Positions 52,224 through 61,122 of a stretch of 64,000 nt of DNA are shown here, one piece after another. Location: positions 2,688,001 through 2,752,000 of the forward strand of contig OY762069.1 of the NCBI GenBank assembly GCA_963665095.1, read 5' to 3'. The stretch's first letter is position 1, and each line of letters begins with the position of its first letter. Made by a program: the position numbers and the translations under genes. The notes under the pieces were generated by a model that was not told the origin of the DNA, did no database searches, and was given only the letters and a program-made list of their open reading frames with translations. This DNA comes from an uncultured Desulfobacter sp. (lineage in GTDB: Bacteria > Desulfobacterota > Desulfobacteria > Desulfobacterales > Desulfobacteraceae).

Positions 52224-52565
52224 ATGTTTAAACCCGCACGACTTCTTACATATGGCATTTTCTGTTTTTTGGCAGTTCTTCTGTTTAGCCCGGCCATGGC
52301 AGGAGATGGCATTATCAGCCTGAACAAGGCAGATCTTCAAGAGATCAAAGCACTGTTTGTTGATGAACTCGATCTTCCCGAAGAGCTTGCAAGGTCCCTT
52401 GTGGAATATCGCAAGGCCAACGGTAGCTTCAAATCACCCGAGGACCTGATCAAGGTGCCGGGTATGACCCAGGATTTTATCGAAGAGATCAACCCGCAGC
52501 TCATTGACAATGACGTGGTTTACGATCCGGATGCAGAACCGGCACTGGCGCCTTCGAAATGCTGA
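52224..52565 (+). CDS. Exported helix-hairpin-helix protein, C-terminal LAPSKC
   Basis: Signal peptide; ISLNKA...YRKANGSFKSPEDLIKVPGM. Confidence 0.88.
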   Translation: MFKPARLLTYGIFCFLAVLLFSPAMAGDGIISLNKADLQEIKALFVDELDLPEELARSLVEYRKANGSFKSPEDLIKVPGMTQDFIEEINPQLIDNDVVYDPDAEPALAPSKC

Positions 52566-52613
52566 ACCAGAAGTGCTGAACCAAGGTTGAACTGAAATTT
52601 AAAGGAGAACATA

Positions 52614-52952
52614 ATGAAATCATTAACCGGAAAAATATTTTTTGCACTGCTCTTCATGGCCGTCACCTTTATTTCGTCCGGTGCTCAGGCTGGCGTAGAG
52701 GATGACTTTATCAGTTTTAATACGGCCCCGGCATCGGAATTCCTGAAAATTCAAATTGTACAGGTCCCTGAGGCCGTAGCCAACGCCATTGTCAAGTACC
52801 GGGAAGCAAACGGCCCCTACAAAACCCCTGAAGATCTCAAAAAGGTCCCCGGAATGACGGATGACCTGTTCGATGCCCTTGATCCCATCGAGGAAGAGGG
52901 AGACATCGTGTTTGAAAAAGCCGGCGGCCCCGGCGGGATGAACGCTTATTAA
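52614..52952 (+). CDS. Exported helix-hairpin-helix protein, C-terminal GGPGGMNAY
   Basis: Signal peptide; ISFNTA...YREANGPYKTPEDLKKVPGM. Confidence 0.88.
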   Translation: MKSLTGKIFFALLFMAVTFISSGAQAGVEDDFISFNTAPASEFLKIQIVQVPEAVANAIVKYREANGPYKTPEDLKKVPGMTDDLFDALDPIEEEGDIVFEKAGGPGGMNAY

Positions 52953-53029
52953 TCTAACATACGGATGGGGATGTATGAGGCAATGCCCCTGCGGCAAAAA
53001 CTCATACGCCCCAATCAAGGAGAACATAT

Positions 53030-54394
53030 ATGAAAAAGAAAGTTCTGCTGCCCCTGCTCCTTGTCTTTGCCTGGATGAGCACGGCCAGTGCATATGAAGC
53101 TTTTACCGGCCCCACCGGGGTCCTTCACTGGGACAAAAAAAAGGCCTATGAAGGGTATACCTTGTTTGCCCCCATGGTCAACTGCACGACCACCTACCTT
53201 ATAGATATGGAGGGCAATGTTGTCCATACCTGGGAAAGCAAATTTCCTCCCGGACTCTATGCCGAGCTTCTTCCCAACGGAAATCTGCTCAGGGCAGCCA
53301 CGCTTCCCAGAAAATCCAAAAAGGGATACTGCGGAATCGGCGGTGCCGGCGGACTGATCGAAGAGATCGACTGGGACGGAAATGTGGTGTGGCGGTACAA
53401 ACTATGGGAAAAGAACAAGGAAATTCAGCACCATACTTTTTACCGGCTGCCCAACGGCAACACCATGATCCTTGCCTGGGAAGTAAAGCCCATACAGGAA
53501 GGCATTGATAAAGGAAGGGACCCTGCCACCCTGCCCGATAAACCGGTGACCCAGAAGGGTGTGCCCATGGACGACTGGTGGGTGGATTTTGTCCGGGAAG
53601 TAGATCCGGCCGGCAACACGGTCTGGGAATGGCATGTGTGGGATCATGTCGGCACAGGACCCGACCAGCTGGACATCAACTACAAGCTGCCTGATCCTGT
53701 TGGACTGACCTATCCCAACTGGGACTGGAGCCATTTCAACACCATTGATTATATTCCGGAAACCGATCAGGTGGTATTAAACTCCAGAAACTTTGCCGAG
53801 TTCTACTTCATCAACCACAAAACCGGTAAAATCGAGTACCGGTGGGGTAACCCTTCTGCCTATGGCAAGGGGAAAAGACCTTCCTGGTATGACAACGGAG
53901 ATCAGAAGGTGTTTGGCACCCATTGCTCCACAGTCCTTGAAAACGGAAATATCCTGCTTTTTGATAACGGATCCGAAGGTCCTGAGGAGAGACGGTCGGC
54001 CGTGTTTGAGATCAACCCCAAGACCGATGAGGTGGTATGGAAATTTGAACCCAAGCATACCAGCAGTTTCTTCTCCTACCGCCAGGGCGCGGCCCAGAGG
54101 CTTCCCAACGGGAATACCCTGGTTACCTCCACCCATGGGGGACATTTGTTTGAAATCAACAAACGGGGGGATGTGGTCTGGGATTATGTCAGCCCGGTAT
54201 TCAGCGGGAAAATGAAATGCGTGGCAGAAGATGATGACGCTTTCGACCGGAAATACCACCAGAACGGCATGACCAACATGATTCACCGGGCATACCGTTA
54301 CGGTGCGGATTATCCGGGGCTGAAAGGGAAAGACCTGAGTCAGAAAACGCCCATGGTCAAAGACTGCCCCGCATTTTTTAAGACATATAAATAA
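53030..54394 (+). CDS. Aryl-sulfate sulfotransferase (ASST family), Sec signal
   Basis: GYTLFAP, QHHT, WSHFNT, NSRN, GTHC, FDNG and AQRLPNGNTLV motifs. Confidence 0.88.
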   Translation: MKKKVLLPLLLVFAWMSTASAYEAFTGPTGVLHWDKKKAYEGYTLFAPMVNCTTTYLIDMEGNVVHTWESKFPPGLYAELLPNGNLLRAATLPRKSKKGYCGIGGAGGLIEEIDWDGNVVWRYKLWEKNKEIQHHTFYRLPNGNTMILAWEVKPIQEGIDKGRDPATLPDKPVTQKGVPMDDWWVDFVREVDPAGNTVWEWHVWDHVGTGPDQLDINYKLPDPVGLTYPNWDWSHFNTIDYIPETDQVVLNSRNFAEFYFINHKTGKIEYRWGNPSAYGKGKRPSWYDNGDQKVFGTHCSTVLENGNILLFDNGSEGPEERRSAVFEINPKTDEVVWKFEPKHTSSFFSYRQGAAQRLPNGNTLVTSTHGGHLFEINKRGDVVWDYVSPVFSGKMKCVAEDDDAFDRKYHQNGMTNMIHRAYRYGADYPGLKGKDLSQKTPMVKDCPAFFKTYK

Positions 54395-54629
54395 CCGTTG
54401 GAAACATGTAAGGAAACGTTTTTTGTTATCTTTAAAGAACGCCGGTTCTCCTGATAAAGGCGGACCGGTGTTCTGCTTTGAACAACGCTTTTGAGGATTT
54501 CATCTTGATAACCGGATGATCATAATCGTAATATGAAAGTGAAGTAAATATGTGCGTTTTGAGCGGCAACTGACCTGGTTATTTTTTGATGATGAATAAC
54601 AGCAGCCTGAAGCAGAGGAGAAAAATCCT

Positions 54630-55985
54630 ATGAAATATAATGTATTATTCATTGATGACGAAAAGGATTTTTTAACAGCTCTCAAGGGGTATTTTACCAT
54701 AAACTATGAAGTGCAGACGGCTGAATCAGGGGCTAAAGGACTGAGCCTTCTGGAGCAGACCCAGTTTGATGCTGTAGTTACGGATATGTCCATGCCCGGA
54801 GGAATGGATGGACTTGACGTGATCAGGGAAATCAGAAAAACAGACCCCCTTCTTCCCATTATCATCATGACAGGCGTTGGCACCATTAAAAATGCCGTTG
54901 AAGCCATCCAGCAGGGCGCCTTTCATTATATTACCAAACCCTTTGGTTCTGATGAGCTTGAAATCACCCTGCGCCGGGCCATTGAGAGCGGCCAGCTTCA
55001 CCGGCGGCTTGCCAGACAGGAAGGCGAATCCAGGAAGGACAACGATTATGTCTTCGGCTCAAGCCGTCAGATACAAGATATCATGCAGACAATTGACAAG
55101 GTGTCCGACTCTGATGCACCCATCCTTCTTTTGGGAGAAACCGGAACCGGAAAGTCCATGATAGCCAAACATATCCACAAGACAAGTACCCGGAAAGACA
55201 AGCCTTTGTTCACCATCGACTGTGCTGCCCTGGCAGAGACCCTTCTGGAAAGTGAACTCTTTGGGCATGTCAAAGGTGCTTTTACAGGCGCCGTCTCAGC
55301 CAAGCGCGGACTGTTGGAAGAGGCGTATGGCGGTACCATCCTGCTGGATGAAATCGGGGAGCTTTCCCCGTCCACCCAGGTCAAACTGCTCCGCGCAGTC
55401 CAGGAACTTGAAATCCGGCCGGTGGGGGGTAACCGGCCGGTGAGTATAGATGTCCGGTTTATATCGGCAACCAGCCGGAATCTGGAGGATGAAATAGAAA
55501 AAAACCTATTCAGAAAGGATCTATATTTCCGTCTGGCTGTTATCTCCTTAACCCTGCCCCCCCTAAGGCAAAGGAAATTTGATATTCCCCAGTTTGTGGC
55601 CCATTTCCTGGAAAAATTTAACCAACGGTACAAAAAAAGGATTACCCGGCTTGAACCCTCCGTCCTCCAGGACCTTCAACAATTGCCCTGGAAGGGAAAC
55701 ATCCGGGAACTGGAAAATACCATGGAGCGGATGGTGCTGCTGGCGGACCGTGACGTGGTCACCCGGGATCTGTTATATTTTTGTGATAAAAATAATTGTT
55801 GCCAGGAAACGGACACGCCCAACGACCACATCTCCTCCTTAAAAGAAGTGGTCCAGGATGCTGAAAGCCTGGCCATAAAGCAGGCCCTTGAGCTGACACA
55901 GGGCAACCGGACCCTGGCAGCCAAGCTTTTAGGTATCGGAAGGCGTACCCTCTACGTCAAGATGGAAACCTACGGAATTAACTGA
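54630..55985 (+). CDS. Sigma54-dependent response regulator (NtrC/AtoC family)
   Basis: Receiver domain, GETGTGKS, ESELFGHVKGAFTGA, WKGNIRELEN and Fis HTH. Confidence 0.95.
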   Translation: MKYNVLFIDDEKDFLTALKGYFTINYEVQTAESGAKGLSLLEQTQFDAVVTDMSMPGGMDGLDVIREIRKTDPLLPIIIMTGVGTIKNAVEAIQQGAFHYITKPFGSDELEITLRRAIESGQLHRRLARQEGESRKDNDYVFGSSRQIQDIMQTIDKVSDSDAPILLLGETGTGKSMIAKHIHKTSTRKDKPLFTIDCAALAETLLESELFGHVKGAFTGAVSAKRGLLEEAYGGTILLDEIGELSPSTQVKLLRAVQELEIRPVGGNRPVSIDVRFISATSRNLEDEIEKNLFRKDLYFRLAVISLTLPPLRQRKFDIPQFVAHFLEKFNQRYKKRITRLEPSVLQDLQQLPWKGNIRELENTMERMVLLADRDVVTRDLLYFCDKNNCCQETDTPNDHISSLKEVVQDAESLAIKQALELTQGNRTLAAKLLGIGRRTLYVKMETYGIN

Positions 55986-56006
55986 TCTGCAACCATATTT
56001 TTAAAC

Positions 56007-56183
56007 TGTGCAAATCCGCGCGCAACTTTCCTGACAGCCGCACTCCCCTTGCCTTGCTTTTTTGCAGAATACTAGTAGATTACGATGGATGGTTCCATCC
56101 GGTTTCTTATAATTCCCTGCCGATCACCCACATCTGTGTATAATCCTGCACTCCCCAAAAGCGAATGTGCCGGAATCGATACT
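56007..56183 (+). promoter_or_regulatory. Degenerate TGTGC-N8-GCACA sites (56007-56024, 56135-56152, 56166-56183)
   Basis: 1, 2 and 3 mismatches respectively to the 44301 motif; the last two are 31 bp apart. Confidence 0.5.
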
Positions 56184-56300
56184 ACTTCTTTCATCAGGCG
56201 GGGAAAGCCCTGCTTTCAATGGGGTTCATTCCAAAAAATACCGTTAGAATATTCTATCATCTCAACATATTAGAATAACGTTAGGCTGATCCAGGAGCAG

Positions 56301-56316
56301 TGGCATACCCCTTGCT
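56301..56316 (+). promoter_or_regulatory. Sigma54 promoter (-24/-12)
   Basis: TGGCAT-ACCCC-TTGCT, near consensus. Confidence 0.8.
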
Positions 56317-56448
56317 AAGTTATGGGTAATCAAGGACTAACGGAACATTTTAAACGCGATGTTGCAGGATGTTCCATTGAGGCGAGAGCCAAAGCCTCCC
56401 GAGGGGGGGTGTGTATTTCAGTTTACTTTTACTTTACACGGAGGAGAG

Positions 56449-57738
56449 ATGAAAAAGTCTTTTATTGCGACCTTAGCTTTGATTTGCTGCATGGTGTGGT
56501 CGGTCCCTGCATTTGCCGTGGATTTTGAGTATGGCGGTTATTGGAGGACACGTGCTTATACCATGAACGGATTCACCGGAGACGGTGATGATGAATCCCT
56601 TGATATGTCCAAGGTGGATGCCAGGGGACGGTTATGGACCAAACACATTATCAACGAGGAAACATCCTGGACAAACCGGATCGAGTTCAACGTGATCTGG
56701 GGGGATGAAGACAATGGCGGGGGCATTGCCACCGACGGTACAGACTATATCCGGTTCAAACACTCTTATATGGATTATGACACCACCGTATTTAATACAG
56801 ACATGCACTTAAGAATGGGTCTTCAGGGATTTACAGTGGCCAACGGCATGCTGTTTGATGATGATTTCGCCGGCCTGATCCTTTCCCACGAAGGCAGTAC
56901 CGCCACCCACAGATTCATCTGGATGAAAGTATTTGAAGGCAGCACGCTTTCCGGAGAATATGAAGAGGACCTGGAGGACCTGGATGTTGATTTCCTCGGG
57001 TTATCCTCCACTTTTAACTTCATGAACGATGCCCTGGCCCTGAACGCCTACGTCTTTTACCTGACCTCCGACGACGGCCGGGAGTGGTCTGCCACCACCG
57101 GAAACCAGGAGATCAGCGTTTATTATCTTGGCGCAGATATCAAGTACACCCTTGACAGCGGAAACATCTGGGGGGTTCTCCTGTATGAAGGCGGTTCCGC
57201 AGATGTTGTCAATTCAGATGTCGAATATGATATGAAGGCCTATATTGCAGCCCTTGGCGGAGAAATGAATCTGGGCAAAGTGGGCATCCATGGTCAGGTA
57301 TTCTATGCCAGCGGCGATGACGACCTCAGTGACACGGATGTAACAGGCTTTTACGTGCCAAGGGGCCAAAGCTACTACTGGTCTGAAATCATGGGCATGG
57401 GTGTATTTGATTACACAGCCAGCAGCGGTTCCCCGGCAGATACCATCTCCAATGTTGTTGCCGGCAACTTGGGTATCAGCTATGAGGTATCCCAGGACTT
57501 AAGCCTTACCGGCGATATCTGGCACGCCCGGCATGCAGATACCAACGTACTGGTCACAGAAAAGACGCTGGGTACGGAAATTGACCTTCGGGCCGATTAT
57601 AAAATCAATGAAGACCTCAACCTGGTCGTGGTGGGGGCATACCTGTTTGCCGATGATGCAACCACCATGGGTGCCGATGACGCGTCTGATGTCTATGAAA
57701 TCGGCATGCAGTTATCCTTTAGTTTCAGTACCCTCTAA
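56449..57738 (+). CDS. Outer-membrane beta-barrel porin (deltaproteobacterial type)
   Basis: Signal peptide AFA-VDFEYGGYWRTR, alternating beta-strand pattern, LGTEIDLRADYKI and acidic loops. Confidence 0.8.
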   Translation: MKKSFIATLALICCMVWSVPAFAVDFEYGGYWRTRAYTMNGFTGDGDDESLDMSKVDARGRLWTKHIINEETSWTNRIEFNVIWGDEDNGGGIATDGTDYIRFKHSYMDYDTTVFNTDMHLRMGLQGFTVANGMLFDDDFAGLILSHEGSTATHRFIWMKVFEGSTLSGEYEEDLEDLDVDFLGLSSTFNFMNDALALNAYVFYLTSDDGREWSATTGNQEISVYYLGADIKYTLDSGNIWGVLLYEGGSADVVNSDVEYDMKAYIAALGGEMNLGKVGIHGQVFYASGDDDLSDTDVTGFYVPRGQSYYWSEIMGMGVFDYTASSGSPADTISNVVAGNLGISYEVSQDLSLTGDIWHARHADTNVLVTEKTLGTEIDLRADYKINEDLNLVVVGAYLFADDATTMGADDASDVYEIGMQLSFSFSTL

Positions 57739-57759
57739 TCACATGAAAGGAATCATCAC

Positions 57760-59685
57760 ATGAAAAAAATCCTTTTGGTGCTGACTGTGACTTTGATGGC
57801 CTCGGCAGCCTATGCTGCATCCCAGTTCTACAGCGCCACCGAATTGAACTACCACAACCCGGATACAGCCTATCAAGGGTATACCCTGTTTCATTCCATG
57901 AACGGGGAACAGACCACCTTCCTCATTGACATGGAAGGCCAGGTGGTCCATGCCTGGCCCATGGATGCTGACAAGTGGTCCATATCCAACAGTGTTCATT
58001 TTTATGAAAACGGGCTTCTTTTGAGGACCCAGACGCCCCAGTACGTGGGCAAATTCAAACTGGGATCCAGTGGTGGCAATCCCATGCTCGGAACCGTTTA
58101 TAAATTTTTAGACTGGGATAACAATGAAGTTTATTCCGTACGCCATCCTTTGCACAAGGATCCCACCGAAGCAGAGCTCCAACAGATATTCGGCCTTACT
58201 GATGATCAGATGAATGATCAGACAGCCATTGATGCGGCAGTGGCAGCCATGACCACAGCCCAGCAAGAAGAGATCAAGGCGCTTATCGACTACCGGGAAC
58301 ACCATGACGCAAAGATGATCTGGAATAAAAACTTAGGCAAATACACCATCATGTTTATTGCCAATAAAAAATTAACCGAGGAAGAGGTGCTCAACGCTGG
58401 TCAGGACCCTGATCTTGTGGATGTATCCACGATCTCTTCCTATCCCCACCTGGTTGATACGGACGTGATCGCTGAAGTCGATATCCAGACCGGAGAGCTG
58501 ATCTGGCAATGGTGGAGCGGGGATCATCTGATCCAGAACTACAGCGAGACTGCGGACAACTATGCCCAGGATATTGCAGACTGGTACTATGATGGGGATC
58601 TGCAGGAAGCCCATTACCACCGTCTGGATATCAATCATAAAAACAATCAGGGAATTTTCGGCCTGCGGGAAGACTTTTTTCACACCAACTCCTTTGACTA
58701 CAATGCCGATCGGGACGAGGTGGTATTGAATTCCAGGACATTCTCCGAATTTTTCGTCATTGACCATTCCAAGACCACAGAAGAGCTCAAGGGTAAAGCA
58801 GGCGACTTTTTATGGCGGTTCGGATCGCCCAGCAACTATTCATCCAAAGACCAGCTCGGAGAGGACCACGCGGATGTGGTTGCCTATCCCGGGGCCCGGG
58901 ACGCGTCTCTGGACCAGATTTACGGCGCCCACGACATTCACTGGATTCCAGAGGGGGAACCCGGTGCCGGCCATTTTATGATCTATGACAACGGTATTTT
59001 CCGTCCTGTATACCAGAACTCTGCCGTGCTGGAGATCAACCCCTACGATGACAACGGCAATTACATCCGGGAGCTGGATGCCGGCTACAAAACCAGCATG
59101 ATGCTCTATCCGGGAGCTATTGGCGCTGGCACATTTATGTACGGGTCCTATTTCAGTACAACCGTTAATTACATGAAGCCCTCCAACCTCATCACCTGGG
59201 CGTTTACCAGCAACTCCTGGAATTTTTTCGGCCCCCATATTTCAGGGTGCCAGCGTCTGGCCAATGGAAACACCCTGATCTGTGACGGCCCCAACGGCCA
59301 TTTCTTTGAAGTGACCACAGAGGGCCGGGTGGTCTGGGAGTACACAAGTCCTCTGTATGGAAGCACCATGTCCATGCCCGCCCTGAAAATCTTCGGAGAC
59401 CAGACCAGCATGTATATCGGCGCCACCACAAACAGCGGATTGACCTATGACGGGCAGGAGATCATCGGTGGCAGCGGCTTCTTTAACAGTGTTTTCCGCG
59501 CCTACCGGTATGGAACGGATTTTGCCGGTTTTTCCGGTAAGAATCTCGTGCCCATGGGTACGGTTGTGGAATATATGCAAAATGATGGAACACCATCATT
59601 CACCGGATTCGGATTCGGCGGAGGGATAGGCGGTTCCGGCGGTTCCGGCGGCGGTGGTGCCGGCGGTTCCGGCGGTGGATACTAA
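57760..59685 (+). CDS. Aryl-sulfate sulfotransferase (ASST family) with insertions and Gly-rich tail ending in Tyr
   Basis: GYTLF, EHHD, FFHTNS, NSRT, GAHD, YDNG and CQRLANGNTLI motifs; C-terminus GFGFGGGIGGSGGSGGGGAGGSGGGY. Confidence 0.87.
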   Translation: MKKILLVLTVTLMASAAYAASQFYSATELNYHNPDTAYQGYTLFHSMNGEQTTFLIDMEGQVVHAWPMDADKWSISNSVHFYENGLLLRTQTPQYVGKFKLGSSGGNPMLGTVYKFLDWDNNEVYSVRHPLHKDPTEAELQQIFGLTDDQMNDQTAIDAAVAAMTTAQQEEIKALIDYREHHDAKMIWNKNLGKYTIMFIANKKLTEEEVLNAGQDPDLVDVSTISSYPHLVDTDVIAEVDIQTGELIWQWWSGDHLIQNYSETADNYAQDIADWYYDGDLQEAHYHRLDINHKNNQGIFGLREDFFHTNSFDYNADRDEVVLNSRTFSEFFVIDHSKTTEELKGKAGDFLWRFGSPSNYSSKDQLGEDHADVVAYPGARDASLDQIYGAHDIHWIPEGEPGAGHFMIYDNGIFRPVYQNSAVLEINPYDDNGNYIRELDAGYKTSMMLYPGAIGAGTFMYGSYFSTTVNYMKPSNLITWAFTSNSWNFFGPHISGCQRLANGNTLICDGPNGHFFEVTTEGRVVWEYTSPLYGSTMSMPALKIFGDQTSMYIGATTNSGLTYDGQEIIGGSGFFNSVFRAYRYGTDFAGFSGKNLVPMGTVVEYMQNDGTPSFTGFGFGGGIGGSGGSGGGGAGGSGGGY

Positions 59686-59717
59686 TACCGACCTGAAGAC
59701 CCCATCAACCTGATAAC

Positions 59718-59755
59718 CGGGCGCTGCACAATGATGTGCAGCGCCCGTTATTTTT
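59718..59755 (+). terminator. Intrinsic terminator
   Basis: cgggcgctgcaca/tgtgcagcgcccg stem followed by ttattttt. Confidence 0.85.
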
Positions 59756-60447
59756 ATAAGATGATCTTGTTTTTACGAATCACATGGGCCGGCAAACAGT
59801 CAAACAAATGGATCTTAAAGCACATAGTTCCGGATTTGTAAAATTGATTCGATTCATCAGTCAAATCAAACAATAAAAACCTTTGAAAATGTTGCCATCG
59901 TTACGGTGGTGTCTGAAATCCGCAGGGTCTTTGGAAAAATTCATTCTACTGTAAATCTTTGTTTTACAAGAGTCTGGCAAAAACAGAACAATGACGTGTA
60001 CAAATTGATTGCTGTCTATTCAAGCTTAGTTGAAATATAGTTGAACAGACCGCGAACAAACAGCTTGAGAGGCAGGGACCGAAAAAACCGGCCAGGCCTT
60101 TCTAAAATATGTGGTTAAAAGCATGATTTCTTTTGCTGAATAGTTACAAATATTAAAGATATGCGGACAAAAGGTGTTAACCCTGTCATGGCCGGTAATT
60201 GACGCCATGCTAATGACCAGGACCCCAATCCTGAAAATATCCGCGCCACACCCGGGGCTTATCCGGATTTCAAGTCCTATCTGGAAGACAGGGACATGTC
60301 CCTGATGTATTCCCATAGGGTCATGAATCTTCAAAAATTGTTTCCCTATGTCCCGGATGGGCTCAATGATATTTAAGGATAGGAACTTCCTTTTTTCATA
60401 GCAAGGTATAGCAAATCATGACAAGATCATCAAGAGCCTGAAATATG

Positions 60448-60497
60448 GCCCCAGCCGAGCGTAGCTACAACATGCTGTAGCTACGCTCGGCTGGGGC
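60448..60497. repeat. Perfect 22-bp GC-rich inverted repeat
   Basis: gccccagccgagcgtagctaca-acatgc-tgtagctacgctcggctggggc. Confidence 0.85.
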
Positions 60498-60650
60498 TCC
60501 GGTGTCAAAGCGGTTGTGGGGATAAAAAACAACTTTGGAAAACGCAGAATATAAAGTCGGGTTGTATGCACCTAAAAAAGGAATAGCATCTATCTTTTAG
60601 GCTGATTCTGGACAGACCTCACCGGAAACCCCGCAAAACACTCAAAAAAT

Positions 60651-61025
60651 TCAGTTCCAGTAGTCGGCTGCCGGGATTTGGGGCACGCAGTGAAGCTTGC
60701 GCTCATCGGATAAGTCGTAAACCAAATCAGGAATATAGTCGGAAGTGACAGGTTGCGGCGGATCATGGTTACGGATATCCCAAAGCCCAAGATGACGCAA
60801 TATTTTTTCGATGATGTCAAGTTCTTCGATGAAACTGATGATGTGCATCTGTCCCCAGCATTTTGGACAGATCAGCGGGTCCATTTCATAAACTTTCTGA
60901 ATCAGCCTGGCCCAGTTTTGCCGAGATTCTTTGGATGACATCGCATTTGGAATAACAGCAGGAATGTCATCATCCACCTCCGCCTTTTTCCTCATACCCC
61001 GAGATTTGTTCGAATAATAACCATA
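60651..61025 (-). pseudogene. C-terminal fragment of an IS91-family-like (rolling-circle) transposase, interrupted by the RIT element
   Basis: YGYYSNKSRG...WARLIQKVYEMDPLICPKC...IEKILRHLGLW; homology stops at the RIT end repeat. Confidence 0.75.
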
Positions 61026-61122
61026 TTATGCGGAGTTCAAAATTATGCTGAGTTCATTTGAAATATCCAGTATTGAAGCAAGTCAACAAATTATGAACTC
61101 AGCATAATAGCACAGCGATTAA

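Noticed and set aside
52560..52600. Possible selenocysteine read-through (TGC-TGA, 'CU') at the end of the second HhH gene
   Set aside because: I see no convincing SECIS hairpin after the UGA, only a short tgctgaacca direct repeat, so it is treated as a stop. A homolog alignment would settle it.
49142..52952. comEA / competence locus
   Set aside because: DNA-binding hairpin residues are missing, the proteins are rich in acidic residues, and no comEC or pilus genes are nearby.
60215..60376. Possible gene remnant (…DRDMSLMYSHRVMNLQKLFPYVPDGLNDI)
   Set aside because: It looks protein-like and may be a decayed kinase-like fragment, but it has no start and I cannot support an identity without a search.
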